Program-made: the position numbers and the translations under genes
NCBI RefSeq assembly: GCF_947568905.1
Contig: NC_079164.1
Span: forward strand, 76,012,001 to 76,076,000
Direction of reading: 5' to 3'
Length of the DNA: 64,000 nucleotides
DNA from: Ostrea edulis
Lineage: Eukaryota
Notes under the pieces: generated by a model
What the model saw: only the letters and a program-made list of their open reading frames with translations
Told to the model about the DNA's origin: nothing
Databases searched by the model: none
Shown here: positions 23,727 to 37,734 of the stretch, piece after piece
How the letters are laid out: every line of letters begins with the position of its first letter
How positions within the stretch are numbered: the first letter of the stretch is position 1

Positions 23727-26700
23727 ATGGGATGCGGAGATTGCTGTTCCAAATGTTTTCTCATTTTCTTCAATTTAATTTTCTTGGTAAATAAAAGGAT
23801 CGTCATCAAATAATATTTCAAATAAATCAAATGACAATGGTAAAGGTAAAATATGACACGCGACAGTTATTAATACAATGTACTATTCGCATTTCAGCTC
23901 TTTGGGGGAGCATGCCTGGGTCTTGGAGTTTTTGTTTTGGTCGATAAAAACCAGATTTTGGTCCTGACCCGTAGTGCAAGTGTGGACACAGACAGTCTGG
24001 ATGTCCCATCCCTGCTGGAGTCAGCCGCGTACGCCCTCATCGCGGGAGGGGGGTTCATATTTGGCGTGGCTTTCCTGGGATGCTGTGGGGCCATAACGAA
24101 AAGCAAATGCATGCTTATTATGGTATTCGTCTATGTATTTATTTCTTTGCAAACAATGGTGAAGCGTGTTATAAAGGTTCATCGTGATTGGACACCTTTA
24201 AACACACTTGTTAAAAAATATGAAATTGAAGAAGTTATTTTCTCATTTCGTGTGTGTGTGTGTGTGTGTGCGCATGCGTGCACGTGCTGCTAGTAACTTG
24301 CAATTGCATAGTTAATAAAAAAAAACTTGGTGCTGTCTTCGTTCATTATAAGTGGTCAAAATATTAAATTTAAAAATATTTTATATACACTATATACCAA
24401 CATGTATATGTATTTGTAATTTGCGCCCGTCAGTACATTCTAAATCAATGCATTGTAGTATGCAGTTATCGTTGGAATGATTTTCGCTGTGGAAGTCGCA
24501 GCATGTGTCCTGGCAGTCGTATTCAAGAATGACGTAAGTGATTGTACGAAAATTGAAAGTGCATAAAAATGATTTAGAATTAAACCTTGTGTAACCGTAT
24601 ACAATGTAACACTTATTTCCTATTACCGAATTTTAGTTTGACAAATACGCCAAAGACAACCTGAATACCTTGTTACAGACAAGATACAAAGGACCCTACG
24701 ACACGTCTGACACCGTGAGCTTGGCTTTCGATCTGGCTTTTATATTGGTCAGTGTTGATGTGTATTCTTAATTTAACTTTGATCAAAATTCATAGTACAT
24801 GTATATATATTATATCATACAGATTCTCAGTTTTATGTTGCAAATTTCAATTTTTACCTCACCTTGCAAAGGTGTATGTTAAAGTGAGATTTTCTGATTA
24901 AATATTGTCTGTCGTTATTTTCGTAGTCGCAATTTGCTGTTATTCTACTCTTCATATCCACTGACTACAAATAACCAGTGGTAAATGGGATATACAAAGG
25001 CAGTCATATTCCCTACCAGTTTAAACCTGGATGGTGGTTTCTTACCATAATGCAGTATAGATTTAAGTTTCGTCAAAACGTGATCCCGGCAGGGCTACAT
25101 TTGGAAGTTGTACATAGAATATATAATCTTTTAAAAAATAATTAACAAGGGTACAATATCTCAAACACCAGTTTGTAGTGCACATTCCATGGCTCCAGGA
25201 TGGGACCACAATTATAGGAATGTATAGGAAATAAAATATTTACGAAACCTTGTTCTCACATCAATACTTTAGATCTATTTATTAAATTAATGGGGAGAGG
25301 GTATACCTGAGGGGTTCAGTTTTCGTGGATTGTCAATATCTTGCACTTTAGTTGGGATGTCATTTCGTAGATATGGTTTCTGTACATTGAAATATTATAT
25401 AAACTGTGTATTTTGTTATGGTTTGAAGTTCATGGGATTGGGGTATCCAAGAAACCTGTGAAAATTGACACCCACGAAATCCAACAACTCTACAGTATGC
25501 AAGCATCATTATTCAAAGCATGATCCCTGAGGTCCAAGACAGGGTCACAATAAAGGTTTACCGTTTGTACCTATTCATGAGGTGTTTCATGAAGTTTAAT
25601 TTGTCCAAACTACCGGTATAACCCCTCAAGGGGTTAGGACAGGGCCACAATAACAGTTATAAAATCTAAATAGGAATTTTTCATCAGTTTAACGTGCATG
25701 CATCAACAATTAGATTATTAATATCGAACTTCGTTCAAAATATGAACTCGAGTCCAACATTGGAGTAGACATTCATGTGTATATTTTCTACAATCACAAA
25801 CCTAGTAGACATTCATGTGTATATATTTCTGCAATCACAAACCTAGTAGACATTCATGTGTATATATTTCTACAATCACAAACCTAGTAGACATTCATGT
25901 GTATATATTTCTACAATCACAAACCTTGGGGTACAATTAATTGAATTCGTATTCACGCTTCCTCATGTACAAATGTACTGTGGATTTACGTTTGATCACA
26001 TCATGACTCTCTGGGCTATGGTGGGGTGCAGATGGGAGTTTAAACTTTCTACATAGGGTATATTTTCAAAACATGACCCATATAGCCAGCTAGGCGTACC
26101 AAAAACTCATCCAGTTACTTCTTTAAGTACCACAAGGGTATTTGTCAAATCAACATGCAAGTATCCGCATCTAGAGTAGATTTCAAATCTTTACACACCA
26201 TGGTTTCTGGGACCAGGGCGGAACACAGTGGGGATTTACAGTTTTACATGTAAAATACGTCTGCTCGGGTGAATGATAAGGATCCATGGACCATTTACCG
26301 GTATTTCAGATGTTCTCCTCACGTGTTTGTTTTCTGCTTCATTCTGTAGAAGTTAATCCATGTAATCTTTATTTTTCCCACGCAGTTCCAATGTTGTGGT
26401 GTCGAATCAGGTTTGGAATTCAATTCCACAGTGACGAATTGGAACACGACATACGTTTACCAGACTGGTGGCACCTACACCACGGCCACTGCTATTATAC
26501 CGCCAACGTGCTGCGAATTCTCCAATGCGGACGCATTCCCGTCAGATCCTGTAACTTTTTACAATTCCATGACCAATAACCAGTGTCCAGTCAATGCAGC
26601 CAACTCTTACTACAACCAGGTAAGCTTAGACACGAGAAGGGTTTCATACTGTACGTCTGGTACATTAGCGGGAGGTTGCTACTATGGCTTGAAAACATCC

Positions 26701-29700
26701 AAACCACTGTAGTGTGTAATTTGAGTTTAACATTGTCACATGCATAAGTCGGAACATAATGGCATGTATGTGTACACTTATTGGCATGTATAGGTACAGT
26801 ATTGACATGTACAGGTACAGTTATTGGCATGTATAGGTACACTTATTGGCATCTATGTGTACAGTTATTGGCATGTATGTGTACAGTTATTGGCATGTAT
26901 AGGTACAGTATTGACATGTACAGGTACAGTTATTGGCATGTATAGGTACACTTATTGGCATCTATGTGTACAGTTATTGGCATGTATGTGTACAGTTATT
27001 GGCATGTATGTGTACAGTTATTGGTATGTATATATACACATATTGGCATGTACCGGTATATGTACACTTATTGACATGTATATGTACAGTTATTGACACG
27101 TATGTGTACACTTATTGGCATGTATGTGTACAGTTATTGACACGCATGTGTACAGTTATTGACATTTATATGTACAGTTATTGACACGCATGTGTACACT
27201 TATTGGCATGTATGTGTACACTTATTGGCATCTATGTGTACAGTTATTGGCATGTATGTGTACAGTTATTGACATTTATATGTACAGTTATTGACACGCA
27301 TGTGTACACTTATTGGCATGTACCGGTATATGTACATGTATGTTGGGTACCCCAGTAGCAACATGCGTTTCAGCTATCCGTAATGATTTTAATTTTCGAC
27401 ATGATAGTATACGATGTAAAGACTGACGTACATATTGGGAATTAAATGTAGACTTTCTGGAAGATCCCACGATATGCTAACAGTACACGTCTGCTACTAC
27501 CTATATGTTATGAAAAAAGTGAAGATAACCTACAATGATCAAGTTCATAATTCTTTGTTTTTGTGTTGAACATATTTTATTAATCAAATCAAAAGGATTG
27601 GGAACACGTTCTAAGAACTTAGAAGTCCCTCTCCTTCTTTTAAAGAATACATAATTAAGGGAAGGGCAAACACGAACCCCAGACACACCAGAGGTGGGAT
27701 CAGATGCCGAAGACGAGAAATCATCCCCTTCTGACCGGTCACATCCGCCTGTAACCCAGTTAAACGGAGTAATATTAATCAAAATTAGTATGTAAAGAAC
27801 GGCCAAACAATCGGTATGAAACATGTCAGACAGCATTCGATCTATTAGCTAGTTGTATTTGTAAATTAGAGTCAGATCGTGATAACGAACATAACTATTA
27901 AGACATTTATATGTTCGATGTTGAAACCCCTATAACATCAACTTATTTATCAACAGCCTACCACGAGTGTGACCGGTCGATAGGAGATGCTTACTCCTCC
28001 TAGGCACCTGATCCCACCTCTGGTGTGTCCAGGGGTCCGTGTTTGCCCAACTCTTTATTTTACATTTCTTATAGGAGTTATGAGATTGATCACTGTTCGT
28101 TATTTTAGCCTTATTTTATACAAATGTGCTTATTTATGCATTTCCAGTCGTACAACAATAAGTAGTAGTCCCTGGTTTCCTTTTGACCCCTAAAAATGGA
28201 TAGGGTGGAATCCACTTCGGATCCTCGCATCCCCTGTCGACCGGTCACACCAGTGTTTTCCTAAAGTTTGGAGAATTTAGCGTGTAATATCTAAACTATT
28301 ACTGAACGCCAATTTTAAGTCAGGGGACATAACAGGCTTATCTAGAACATTGTAATTGTTCTTTTGAAGGAAATTTTGAGTCAATCTTGCCGTGTGTATG
28401 CGTGCATCGTCCTGCTGATAAATTAGTTCATTCTTTTGCTTTTACTGTTGCATTAAGGGTATTAGTACATCCACAAGACGTCTTGCATTTAAAACTCCAT
28501 TCACAAGGATGAACTGGAGTAACAATGCATGCATGTATCAATACATGTAGCACACTAAACAATGACACTACATCTGCCACATCTGCTACTTTCAAGGACA
28601 CAATTGTCTACATACAAGTACAAGAAAGTAAATTCAGCTTTACTAACGTTAACTCTGGATTCGTCAGGGAACGAGACCCATGTCTAGTTTGACCCACTGC
28701 ACTCTGTAACGTCGGTGATGCTGTTTAAGTTATAAACCCGTGTAAGGTCTTGTGCAGCGGATTCCATGGCGTTTTAATATCTAAGATGGACGTCCAATCG
28801 TGTGCCTCGCAACAACCACCTATTCCCCGCAAGTGACGTTGCTTTATGTGTGCTAGTTAATCTGGCGTTGTCACAAATGTTTGACCAGGTCTTGGGCGAT
28901 GATTTATTAATCATATCTGATTATTCCTCCGCATTAGAAGGACTATTTAACATTTCTGCTTCCTCCCACTGACCAATGCCCGCTTGCAGCATACGGACGA
29001 CTTGATATGGATTGGGAAATTCAGATAAATCTTGAGGTCAGCTTAATTTGTAAATGGTTTCATCAATTGTAGCTACTGAGTCACTAGTATCGCTAAAATG
29101 AATTAATTCATAAAGATGTTAAGGAATGAAACTCGTAAAACCTTTTCTGAATTAGAATTGAACTGAACTGTTTAAAGTTGACAGACTTCTTTCTAAATTT
29201 ATCAAGCTTAGGAGTTAAAATTATTGCTGGTTGAGAACAATTCTTTTAAGTTTTCAAGTTTGGATTCCATATACGATATGAACAAGGTAAACGTGGCAAG
29301 AATGTCCGAAGCCTCGGGCTTCTGGGTGTTACAGAACGTGCATTGATCCTGCATGCGTATATGGCTCATCTAGCATAGATTCCTCCATAGACTGGTCTCA
29401 ATATGCGGGTTAAGAGTCTCGAGAAGTTGCGTAGACATAAGAGAGGGCTTCAAGTATAACTGTATGTTGCAAAACGACAGCCTGCGTGACCTCTCATGAA
29501 TTAAAACGTACATTATACTTGGCTGACATCGTGTGTAGTATAAAATTAGTCAATATAATGTACACACAACTTATAATTCTCCTTTACTATTAGACCTACT
29601 GAATTCATAGCATGGACACACGCGCTTTTCCCTGTAATGTTTATTACCTACATGTTCATGAGACTGGGCAATCGTTATTTGTTGGATAATTTTAAATTAT

Positions 29701-30051
29701 ATTTCAGGGATGCTATGATCAACTACAGTCTAAGTTTGAGTCCTACCTGAATATCGTCATTGGAATAGCTGCAGGTGTTGGCGCACTGGAGGTAAGCTAA
29801 CAATCTAACCAACCACAAGAAAAACTCACCTGAAAAGATGTACATGTACGAAGTATACACTGCTTGAAGATCTATTCCTTCGTGTATATGACAATATGCT
29901 TCAGAATTCTTCGTTCAAACGTTCTCTCAACACTTTTGTCAATAGATATTTGTGCATGATTGTTCAATTTCAGCTAATTGGTATCGTGGCAGCTTGCTGT
30001 TTGATGAAGAAAAATGAAGATGAAGATTTGCAAAATGCTGCCAAAATGTAG
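23727..30051 (+). CDS. Tetraspanin, 288 aa, 7 coding exons
   Basis: Exons 23727-23786, 23898-24122, 24459-24533, 24637-24747, 26386-26619, 29708-29791, 29974-30051, all GT-AG and phase 0. MGCGDCCSKCFLIFFNLIFL, FLGCCGA, four hydrophobic helices, large loop with CCG, PPTCC, C and GC (6 Cys), TAG stop. Possible non-coding exon donor at 23133/23134. Confidence 0.95.
25764..25926. repeat. 41-bp tandem repeat x4
   Basis: AGTAGACATTCATGTGTATATATTTCTACAATCACAAACCT starting at 25764, 25804, 25845, 25886. Confidence 0.95.
26757..27335. repeat. ~22-bp minisatellite in tetraspanin intron 5
   Basis: Tandem TTATTGGCATGTATGTGTACAG with variants. Confidence 0.92.
27505..28255. mobile_element. Cluster of Penelope-like 3' tails in alternating orientation
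   Basis: Minus copy ~27640-27930, plus copy ~27960-28125, minus fragment ~28200-28255. Confidence 0.75.
28300..29040 (-). pseudogene. Decayed Tc1-like transposase
   Basis: Hand translation across frameshifts gives VVRMLQAGIGQ, HGIRCTRPYTG, FPDESRVNVSKA, NGVLNARR and LIYQQDDARIHTARLTQNFLQKNNYNVLDKPVMSPDL. Confidence 0.7.
29040..29330 (-). pseudogene. Possible DIRS/Ngaro-type gag remnant
   Basis: TLFISYMESKLENLKELF...SVNFK..QF.FNS...IDETIYKL resembles my recollection of mollusc DIRS ORF1. Many stops; not verified. Confidence 0.35.
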
Positions 30052-30529
30052 TATAACAGATGCACCTCCCGAGTGAACCGACAGTTAACAGAATATTCCG
30101 TTAAGTGGGAGATTCTTAACTTGGAATGACGTCTCCTAATCATAAAATTGCGTAAATCGGACATTTTATTGTTATGCTTCTCAATAATCATATGGATTAA
30201 TTTTTGATACAACAATGGAATGATAGCAAATATTTATTTACAATTTGAAACAATCAACTGGGACCACCCAATAATCATTATCAGCAATGTAGATATACTG
30301 TAGATTGCTCATTTCACACGAGTACTTAATATCGCGAAATGACTCGTTTACCGGTACTTCAAATCGCGAGACCATAAATTCGGAAGTGTCCTGTTGATCA
30401 AAAGTCTTTACATGTATTTTAGCAATATAAAAATAAAAGCGAATAATTTTGATTCGCGAGTGATGAGGGAAATTACACGATAAAGAAATTCCTTGCATAT
30501 ACGTGTATATTTAGGAGTTTACAATATTG

Positions 30530-31200
30530 ACTCTTTTATCACTTACGGACTACCACATCGAAATACTTCTATCAGTTAAAGATATCCATATCTAGACTCT
30601 CCTATACATTTCAGTTATGGACATCGCTTTTAACCTACTTCCATATTTAGACTCTCTTATCAGTTATCGGCATCCATATCTAGCGTCTTCTAAATTACGG
30701 GCAATTCCGTTGAGATTCGTTTTTGTATAGGTCCTCAGTACCCTTGGCGTGACCTAAGTGGCGATTAAAATGGACAGTCCTTCGAAGGAGATCACAAAAC
30801 CCGATCCCACGTGTCACAGCAGGTTTGGCATCACAAAGATCCTTTCTGCTCAAAGGCCGCAAACGCTGAGTAAAAGGCCTAGATTTTACAGCTCTTCACC
30901 GGCAATGGTGAATTCTTCATATGAGTGAAATATTCTCGATCGTGGCGTTAAACCATATACAGCCAACCAACTCGTTATAGGCATCCATATCTAAACTCTT
31001 CTATCTTTTTATATAGATGCGAAGCGTTGGGGATACCAAAATAGCAAATTTGCAAGACTACACCTTAAATTCTCTCAGTTATGGATATCCATATATAGAC
31101 CTTCCTATCAATTACGGACTTCCATATCTAGACTATTCCATCACTTACGGACATCCATATCTAGATTTATGTATTAATTACTTTTACTGACATTCATATC
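30530..31200. repeat. Degenerate 33-bp minisatellite interrupted by a SINE (~30697-30972)
   Basis: Units like TCAGTTACGGACATCCATATCTAGACTCTTCTA lie on both sides of the SINE. Paralogous arrangement at 48630-49500. Confidence 0.7.
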
Positions 31201-31355
31201 TCGTAAATATTCTCTGTCGACCGGTCACACTTGCCGTGAGCTCTATCTCATGATCAGGTAAACGGAGTAGTCCGTAGTCAAAATCAGTGTGCAAAGAGCG
31301 GCCGAACATGTCAGATAATATTTAACCCAATGACAGGTTGTATTGGTTGGATGTA

Positions 31356-32530
31356 CGAGGGCGAGTCAATAAGTAATCAAACTATCCCATTTCCGATTGA
31401 CCGAGACGGTAGCGATTTTCATGCCTTCTTTCAATACATGTTTTCTACCTGGGTACAAAATTGCATGCGTATCGAGTAATTCTTTGATAAGATATTGAAT
31501 GTCAAACATGGCTAGTGGTGCAAAGGCATACTTTGCATGTAAAGTTAAATACCGTGCTATAATTCGGTACTTGTATTTAAAAGGTAAAACAGGCAAGGAA
31601 ATACACGGCGAATTAGCCGATGTTTATGGGTCTTCTGCACCATCTTATGTTCAGGTTAAATTCTGGGTAGGGAATCCAAACGCTGTAAAACGTCTTTGGA
31701 AGATGAAGCCAGATCTGGCCACCCACTGGATGCCACCGACGAATAAATGTGAAAGAAAGTTCGGGATCTGGTTTACTCTGATAGGTGAATTCAGGAGGAA
31801 GAAATAGTGTAGGCGTTAGGTATTTCACAAGGTAGCGTTTCAACAATCATACATGATCGATTAGGTATGCGCTAGCTAACATCCCGTTGGGTCCCCAAAT
31901 CCCTTAGCGATGAGCAAATGGCAACCAGAACATCAGTATGAAGCGTTTTAGGTCAAACGATGCTTTTCTTTTGCGTCTGGTGACTGTAGATTAGACTTGG
32001 GTTTATTATTATGAGCCAGATTCGTCAGTGGGTAGGGCCTGGGTCCCCGAGGCCAAAGATGTTTAAGACGCAACCATTTGCTGGAAAGGTGATGGCCACA
32101 GTATTTTGGGAAGCAAAAGGCGTTACCTAAGAGAAGTACAATAACTAGAGTGTACTATGCAAACTTGCTAGCACAGCTGAGAACCACCATCCGTGAAAAA
32201 GCGGAGGTAAACTCTCTAAAGGTGTTTTGCTGCAATAGGACAACTCGAGAGTCCACACTTGCAGAGTTACAATGGATGCTGTAGAGCGAAACGGGTATGA
32301 ATCAATACCACACCCAGCCTATTCGCCTGACCTAGTTCCTAGCAACTTCGTCCTATTCCAAAACTTGAAATGTATGACATTTCCGGTCTGACGAAGAAGT
32401 CGTGACGGTAGTTGAGGAGTGGGTCGATGTAATGGACCCTGACTTTTTCAGTTCTGCGCTGATGGTACTTGAACACAGTTGGTCTGAGTGTATCACACTA
32501 GAGGGCAGTTACATCGAAAAAGAAGAGGTA
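31356..32530 (+). mobile_element. Mariner element (D,D34D) with decayed transposase, right TIR lost
   Basis: TA|CGAGGGCGAGTCAATAAGT left end. KYRAIIRYLYLKGKTGKEIHGELADVYGSSAPSY..VKFW, VTVD*TWVYYYEP, LLQ*DNSRVHT, HPAYSPDLVPSNF, W..CITLEGSYIEK. Confidence 0.88.
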
Positions 32531-32712
32531 GAGGATTGTGCAAAAGTTAGGCCTACACTGTATGCTCGGCGCTTACGGTCTTTTAACAGGAAGGGATCTA
32601 TAACGTGCCACAGGATCTCGGTTTTTGCGTTCTCATCCGAAGGAACGCCCCATTTAGTCGCCTCTTACGAAAAGCACGAAAAACGACCTATTCTAACCCG
32701 GATCCCCAAGGG
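32530..32712 (-). mobile_element. SINE (same family as 12438-12705), 5' part
   Basis: rc reads TCCCTTGGGGATCCGGGTTAGAATAGGTC..TCGTAAGAGGCGACTAAATGGGGCG..GCGCCGAGCATA. Confidence 0.8.
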
Positions 32713-33019
32713 AGGTTGTATTGGTAAAAGGTGTAGATAGATTAGATCGTTATATCGAACATAGCAGTTACAAAAGGCTTACTTTAAACGAAACCGTTCA
32801 AACCCCTGAAACATCAACGTATATGCCAGTAACCTTCCTCGATTTAAGAAGAGTGCCGTAAACGGTGCCCTCAAAATTGCTTCCATAAGGTGTTTATCCT
32901 AAGCCATAATTTGTAGAAATTTTCTTCAGGCAGTATGAGCCATCATGAGGCTGTGGCGTACTTTCTTTACATCTTATGAATAAGGGGTCTTGGCTTAAAA
33001 CTGTGACAGGAGGTAGATA

Positions 33020-33720
33020 AACAAACAAAGAGTTCTATGTGCACAGTATTCCCCCAAATTTGACCACGTTCAACAACCTGTAAATATTTAAAACATCAAA
33101 AGAAAGACATTTTTTTGAGAATCAAAATCCTTGCACTATGCACATCTTTAAGGTATTTACAAAGACACTAGCTTCTAAACTAAGGAGTTAAAAGGACAAA
33201 CCATATCCTTTATTTGATATAATATTTCCTCAAAACTGACTAAGTTCAACAACCTGCAATTTTCCCAAAAATTAAAGAAAATCAAAATATTTGCCACATG
33301 CACATCTTCCATACCCATACAAATACTCTGTAAAACAAGGTCCTCACTTGAAAACTATGAAAGGAGAAAGAAAAGACAATTCTTGTACTCTCTATACAAT
33401 ATTTCCCCAAACTGACCAAGTTTAAGAAAGTGTAATGTTCTAAAAAGTTGAAGAAAATCAAATGTTTTGCCACATGCACATCGTCCATACTCATACACTC
33501 TATAATAAGAATGTCCTTACTTGAAAACTGTCGAAGGAAAAACAGACAAACCATGTACTCTCCATGTAATATTTACTCAAAAGTAAATTCAATAACCTGT
33601 AATTTTCTCTAATATTAAAAAAAAACAACTTGCCACATACACACCTTCAATACTTCTCAAACTTTGAGGAAATCAAATTCTTTGTCATATGCACATCATC
33701 CATACCCATACTCATAGGTG
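33020..33720. repeat. ~170-bp tandem core repeats of a HINE-like element
   Basis: About 4 diverged units containing AAACTGAC.AAGTTCAACAACCTG..GAAAATCAAA..TTGCCACATGCACATC.TCCATAC. Confidence 0.6.
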
Positions 33721-35479
33721 ATACCAATACATTCTCTATATCGCATAAATTAATTAAAATACAGGATCATAATTCGTCTGTTCTGGTATGATAAGAGTTA
33801 GGGTGTAACAGCATGGGTGATATATTGGACCATGTTCCGTTATGAGGGTTTGGCTTCACATTTAGAATGTCGCACATCAGCTGGTATAACTCAACGTTGT
33901 AGAATGGTTTGCTAGTATAACTCGTCCTAAATCCTGCGGAAGAAAATATACCTGTCATTTAATGATATTTCTAATGTACATTTGTGTAACCTTTTGAGCG
34001 AAGAACAAATCAATGATTGTTTACAACGACAAAAAGTTTTTTTCTACATTACATACGCGTAGAAATGGTAAGGTTATCACATAAACATATAGTGAAATGA
34101 TATGCGTGAATAAGCATGTTGAATAATGACCTGGTCCACAGGCTAAGAATATCGCCCTCATATCTGTGTCTGCGTTATCATACCCATGTATCCCCACCAT
34201 ATCGCCAGTTCCTGTATATTGTGGAATATCCGAAAACTTTATATCCTGCAAAAGGTCATATTCATTTTTTTAGAATCCTGGAACAGGACGAATTATTTAA
34301 TGTCACTATACATCAATGTAATATACTCAAATCTAATTCGCTGAAAAACGTTTGAATGTTTCCCAGTAGAACAAACTCACACCCGCCAGGATGATTAGAA
34401 TGATGGCATTTAAACGATGAATGTTCACGTGACTTTGGCATGACCTATTATTCGGGAAAATGACGACGAAAGTCAACGCAAGGGAAAATTCAAACGAAAA
34501 AGTAACATCTTTATCAATGACGAATTGTCACATATCTTTTTCAACATTTGGAGGATTTTCTCCAGAACAATGGTAGTTCTACATTCGAAAGAATCAGAGA
34601 ACATTTTTTTTGGCGGTCGGAATTTTTTTTACTGTAAGCAAAACACTGTAAATATGCTTTGCTTCTATGTATTCTAAAACTACCATTTTAGAATAGATTT
34701 ATTCTTGAGCAAATCCTTCAAATAATGAAGCTCAATAACAGGCGTTGCGACCACATTTTTTAAATATAATTTCATAATCCTCCTTCAATGCAGAAATAAA
34801 AAAAATACACTTCCCAAAAATTGGCATTACTCCAAATGCCAGGTGTGAACCTCTTTAGCAACAATAGTGTTATCAAAAAGTATCATATGCGTCAAAATGA
34901 TGCATGGACGGTTCGACGTAGAATTTCTAAACACACTCTCCAGTGTGTTACAGCGACACGTTAGATAAAATGCAAATGATGAAAAGCAACAAACGATAAT
35001 CTGCAATCTGACAGGTAAATACATGTAGGTACATTTTCCAAGCTCCGTGTGACCATGACAGAAAGTAAAAAATAAAGTAACTATATATTCTGTATTCCTT
35101 ATAGGAGTTGTGAGATTGATCAATGTTTGTTATCTTCGCATTTCATTTAGAACTTGTTAACTTTGATTCATTTTACCATGTTGAATATTTACGTCAATCT
35201 AAATAAAATAAACCAATAAACATCATATCTGTATTACATGTACATAGAGTATATAATAAAACAAATAGGATTAACAAGGAACATTTTCACTCCTCCTAAA
35301 TCATTGAGAACGTTACTCTCAATTACATGAACTGTTCATATACTTGTAAAAAATGAAACACACAGTGTAATTTCATTATCATTTTAAGACATGAGAAATA
35401 CTTAATAGTTGATAACACAAAACGATATAAACGCCGGCTATTACTCAAAGTATCACAACCAGTATTCATCATTACAGTC

Positions 35480-36330
35480 ATACACATCCAAGGTCACCCA
35501 AGTTCAATATCCAGTGATACCTCTCTGGAGCTCCAATGACTGCCTGACAACGCCTTCACCATGGACGCCATTAGGAAACTGTCTACTCTACCTGCAGGGC
35601 TTGGGGCAGTTGTAACAGAGGCATTGTCGTTGGCGTCATATGCATGTTCTATAGGGTGTATATCTTGTGATTTTGGTTGCCCTAGGAGGAAACTGGATAT
35701 TGTGCCTTTGCAGAACATCAGGTATTAGACAAGCAGTATGTGGTCTGGCTTTGTCATCTTGAAATACGGCGCCATGAAGGTGCATTATTGGAAAATCGTG
35801 TGGCTGTATGACTTCATCAATATACCGTTGAGCCGTCAAAGTACCCTGCGGATGAACCAATGCTGTCTTGACTCTATATAATGTTGCTGCTCACATCATA
35901 AAATTACCTTCTCCAACTGGTTATCCTCCTTTGTGTGAAACGTTCATTTTGTCACCCATAAACTATAGCTCTTCTATCAGGCTGTACAGATCGAGATTCA
36001 TCGCTGTACCAAATTGTCCGCCAGCGTTGCCGTGGCCATACACCACGAGTCTTGAGATTATTGAAGTCGGTTCCGGTGATGTTGCGGAGTTAAAAATGCC
36101 TCCGAAAGATCTGCACACTTAATCCCAGCATCCCATAGTCGATTGCGAACACTCTTATATGATATTCTGAGAATCATTGGAATGGTAGATGCTGTAGATG
36201 ACGCTTTCGTAAATCGCTGACGATGATGATACAATCGAATGAAAGAATACTATGCTGCTGTTCCTCCTCTATGTCGATCTTTTGTCACCCCATGATGTTT
36301 ATATCTGCTCCAAAGACGAGATAGGGTGCT
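35480..36330 (-). pseudogene. Decayed Tc1-like transposase in ENPP intron 5
   Basis: SVRNRLWDAG, WPRQRWRTIWYSDESR and QGTLTAQRYIDEVIQP..AVFQDDKARPHTA. Homologous remnants in copy B at ~54720-54850 and ~55362-55500. Confidence 0.75.
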
Positions 36331-37734
36331 TCGTGTAACATTGAAATGTCTTTCAACTGTAAATTGTGACACACTTCCATTTGTTGTTTTGAGCATCACC
36401 CAGACACTGCATTTCTCAAAACGTGGTTACATTTAAAGACAACGAAATCAAATATGGAGAATCCGTGCTTTTGGTAGGCTAAAATCTTGTGCATTAGGAC
36501 ATTACAACAATCGAATTTTTCAGAGATCAATTTTAGGATGTAATTTAAAAAAAAACAAAACTCAAATTCTATAGAATATCTATCTAGTAAACAATAGCGT
36601 TACATGTGAAATTACAAGGAATAATCAGGCAATTCATTCTAGACCGTAAACATGTAGGACAAAATCATTTGAAAAAATTCAGCAAATAAAAAACCACTAG
36701 TATGCGTTTCCTTTTCTTTCTTGATCAGTATATATTAAACAGTTACTATATGTAGTGCGTTGATAGGACACAAACACTTGAATCACAATAACCTACTGTA
36801 ATATACAATGGGTTAAAAATGTAACAACTTACGCATGTTGAGCACCCAACACATTTACAGGGCGATGTAATGTACACGCCTTCGTCAGCCTCCAGAAAGA
36901 TAGGAGACACTCGATAATGTCTTCTAAGGTTATATCGTTCTGGAATGTTGTCCCTCTTGTACACAGTGATTTTCCCGTCTTTAACAACATTTTGAAGATC
37001 AGCATATACCTAAAACGATATTTAATCGAAAATCATCTGGAAAACTATTTGAGATACCATCATCTAATTATTTAAGATTTTTTTCTCAATTTGCAGTTGT
37101 CATCTTTTTGAAAGGACACAGATGATATAAAGGGTTTTTGTTCAAAATGATGTATAGATTTCGATGTTGTTAATTTTTTGAACACAAAATTTCATTCATT
37201 GTTAATGCGGAATCACAGAATAATGATACGCATTTAAATGAACGATTTTAGTACATGTAGTTGTAATCTTATTTGTTATGTGATGATATATCTAACCTTA
37301 TCAACAGCTCCATCTTTAGGCCAGATTTTTACAGTAGCTCCTTCGGGAATCAAAGCTTTTATATCATCCATGTCAAGTATATTTTTTAAATCTGTCGTTT
37401 CTTTTATGTTGATCATCCCATGGTCAGAAAATATCATAACACTGACGTCATCTAGCCCTAGTGACGTCATATGTTCTATGAGATTGTTAATCTCTTGGTC
37501 AACGTCATTGATTATTCCCTCCAGTTCTTTGGAGCCAACGCCATACTTGTGTCCATAATGATCAACAACTTCATTGTATATTCCTAAAACAATGTTCTCT
37601 TTTACACAATAAGAATATAGCATGCATACCATTAACCTCTCTTCGTTATCATGACTGCAGAAGTAGAGATTATTAGCTGGAGTGTAGATTACAGTGTATC
37701 GTATGGAATAACATTTTGTTATAATATGTATTTT

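Noticed and set aside
23727-30051. All six tetraspanin introns are phase 0
   Set aside because: Mostly phase-0 intron positions are usual for this family, so this is not novel.
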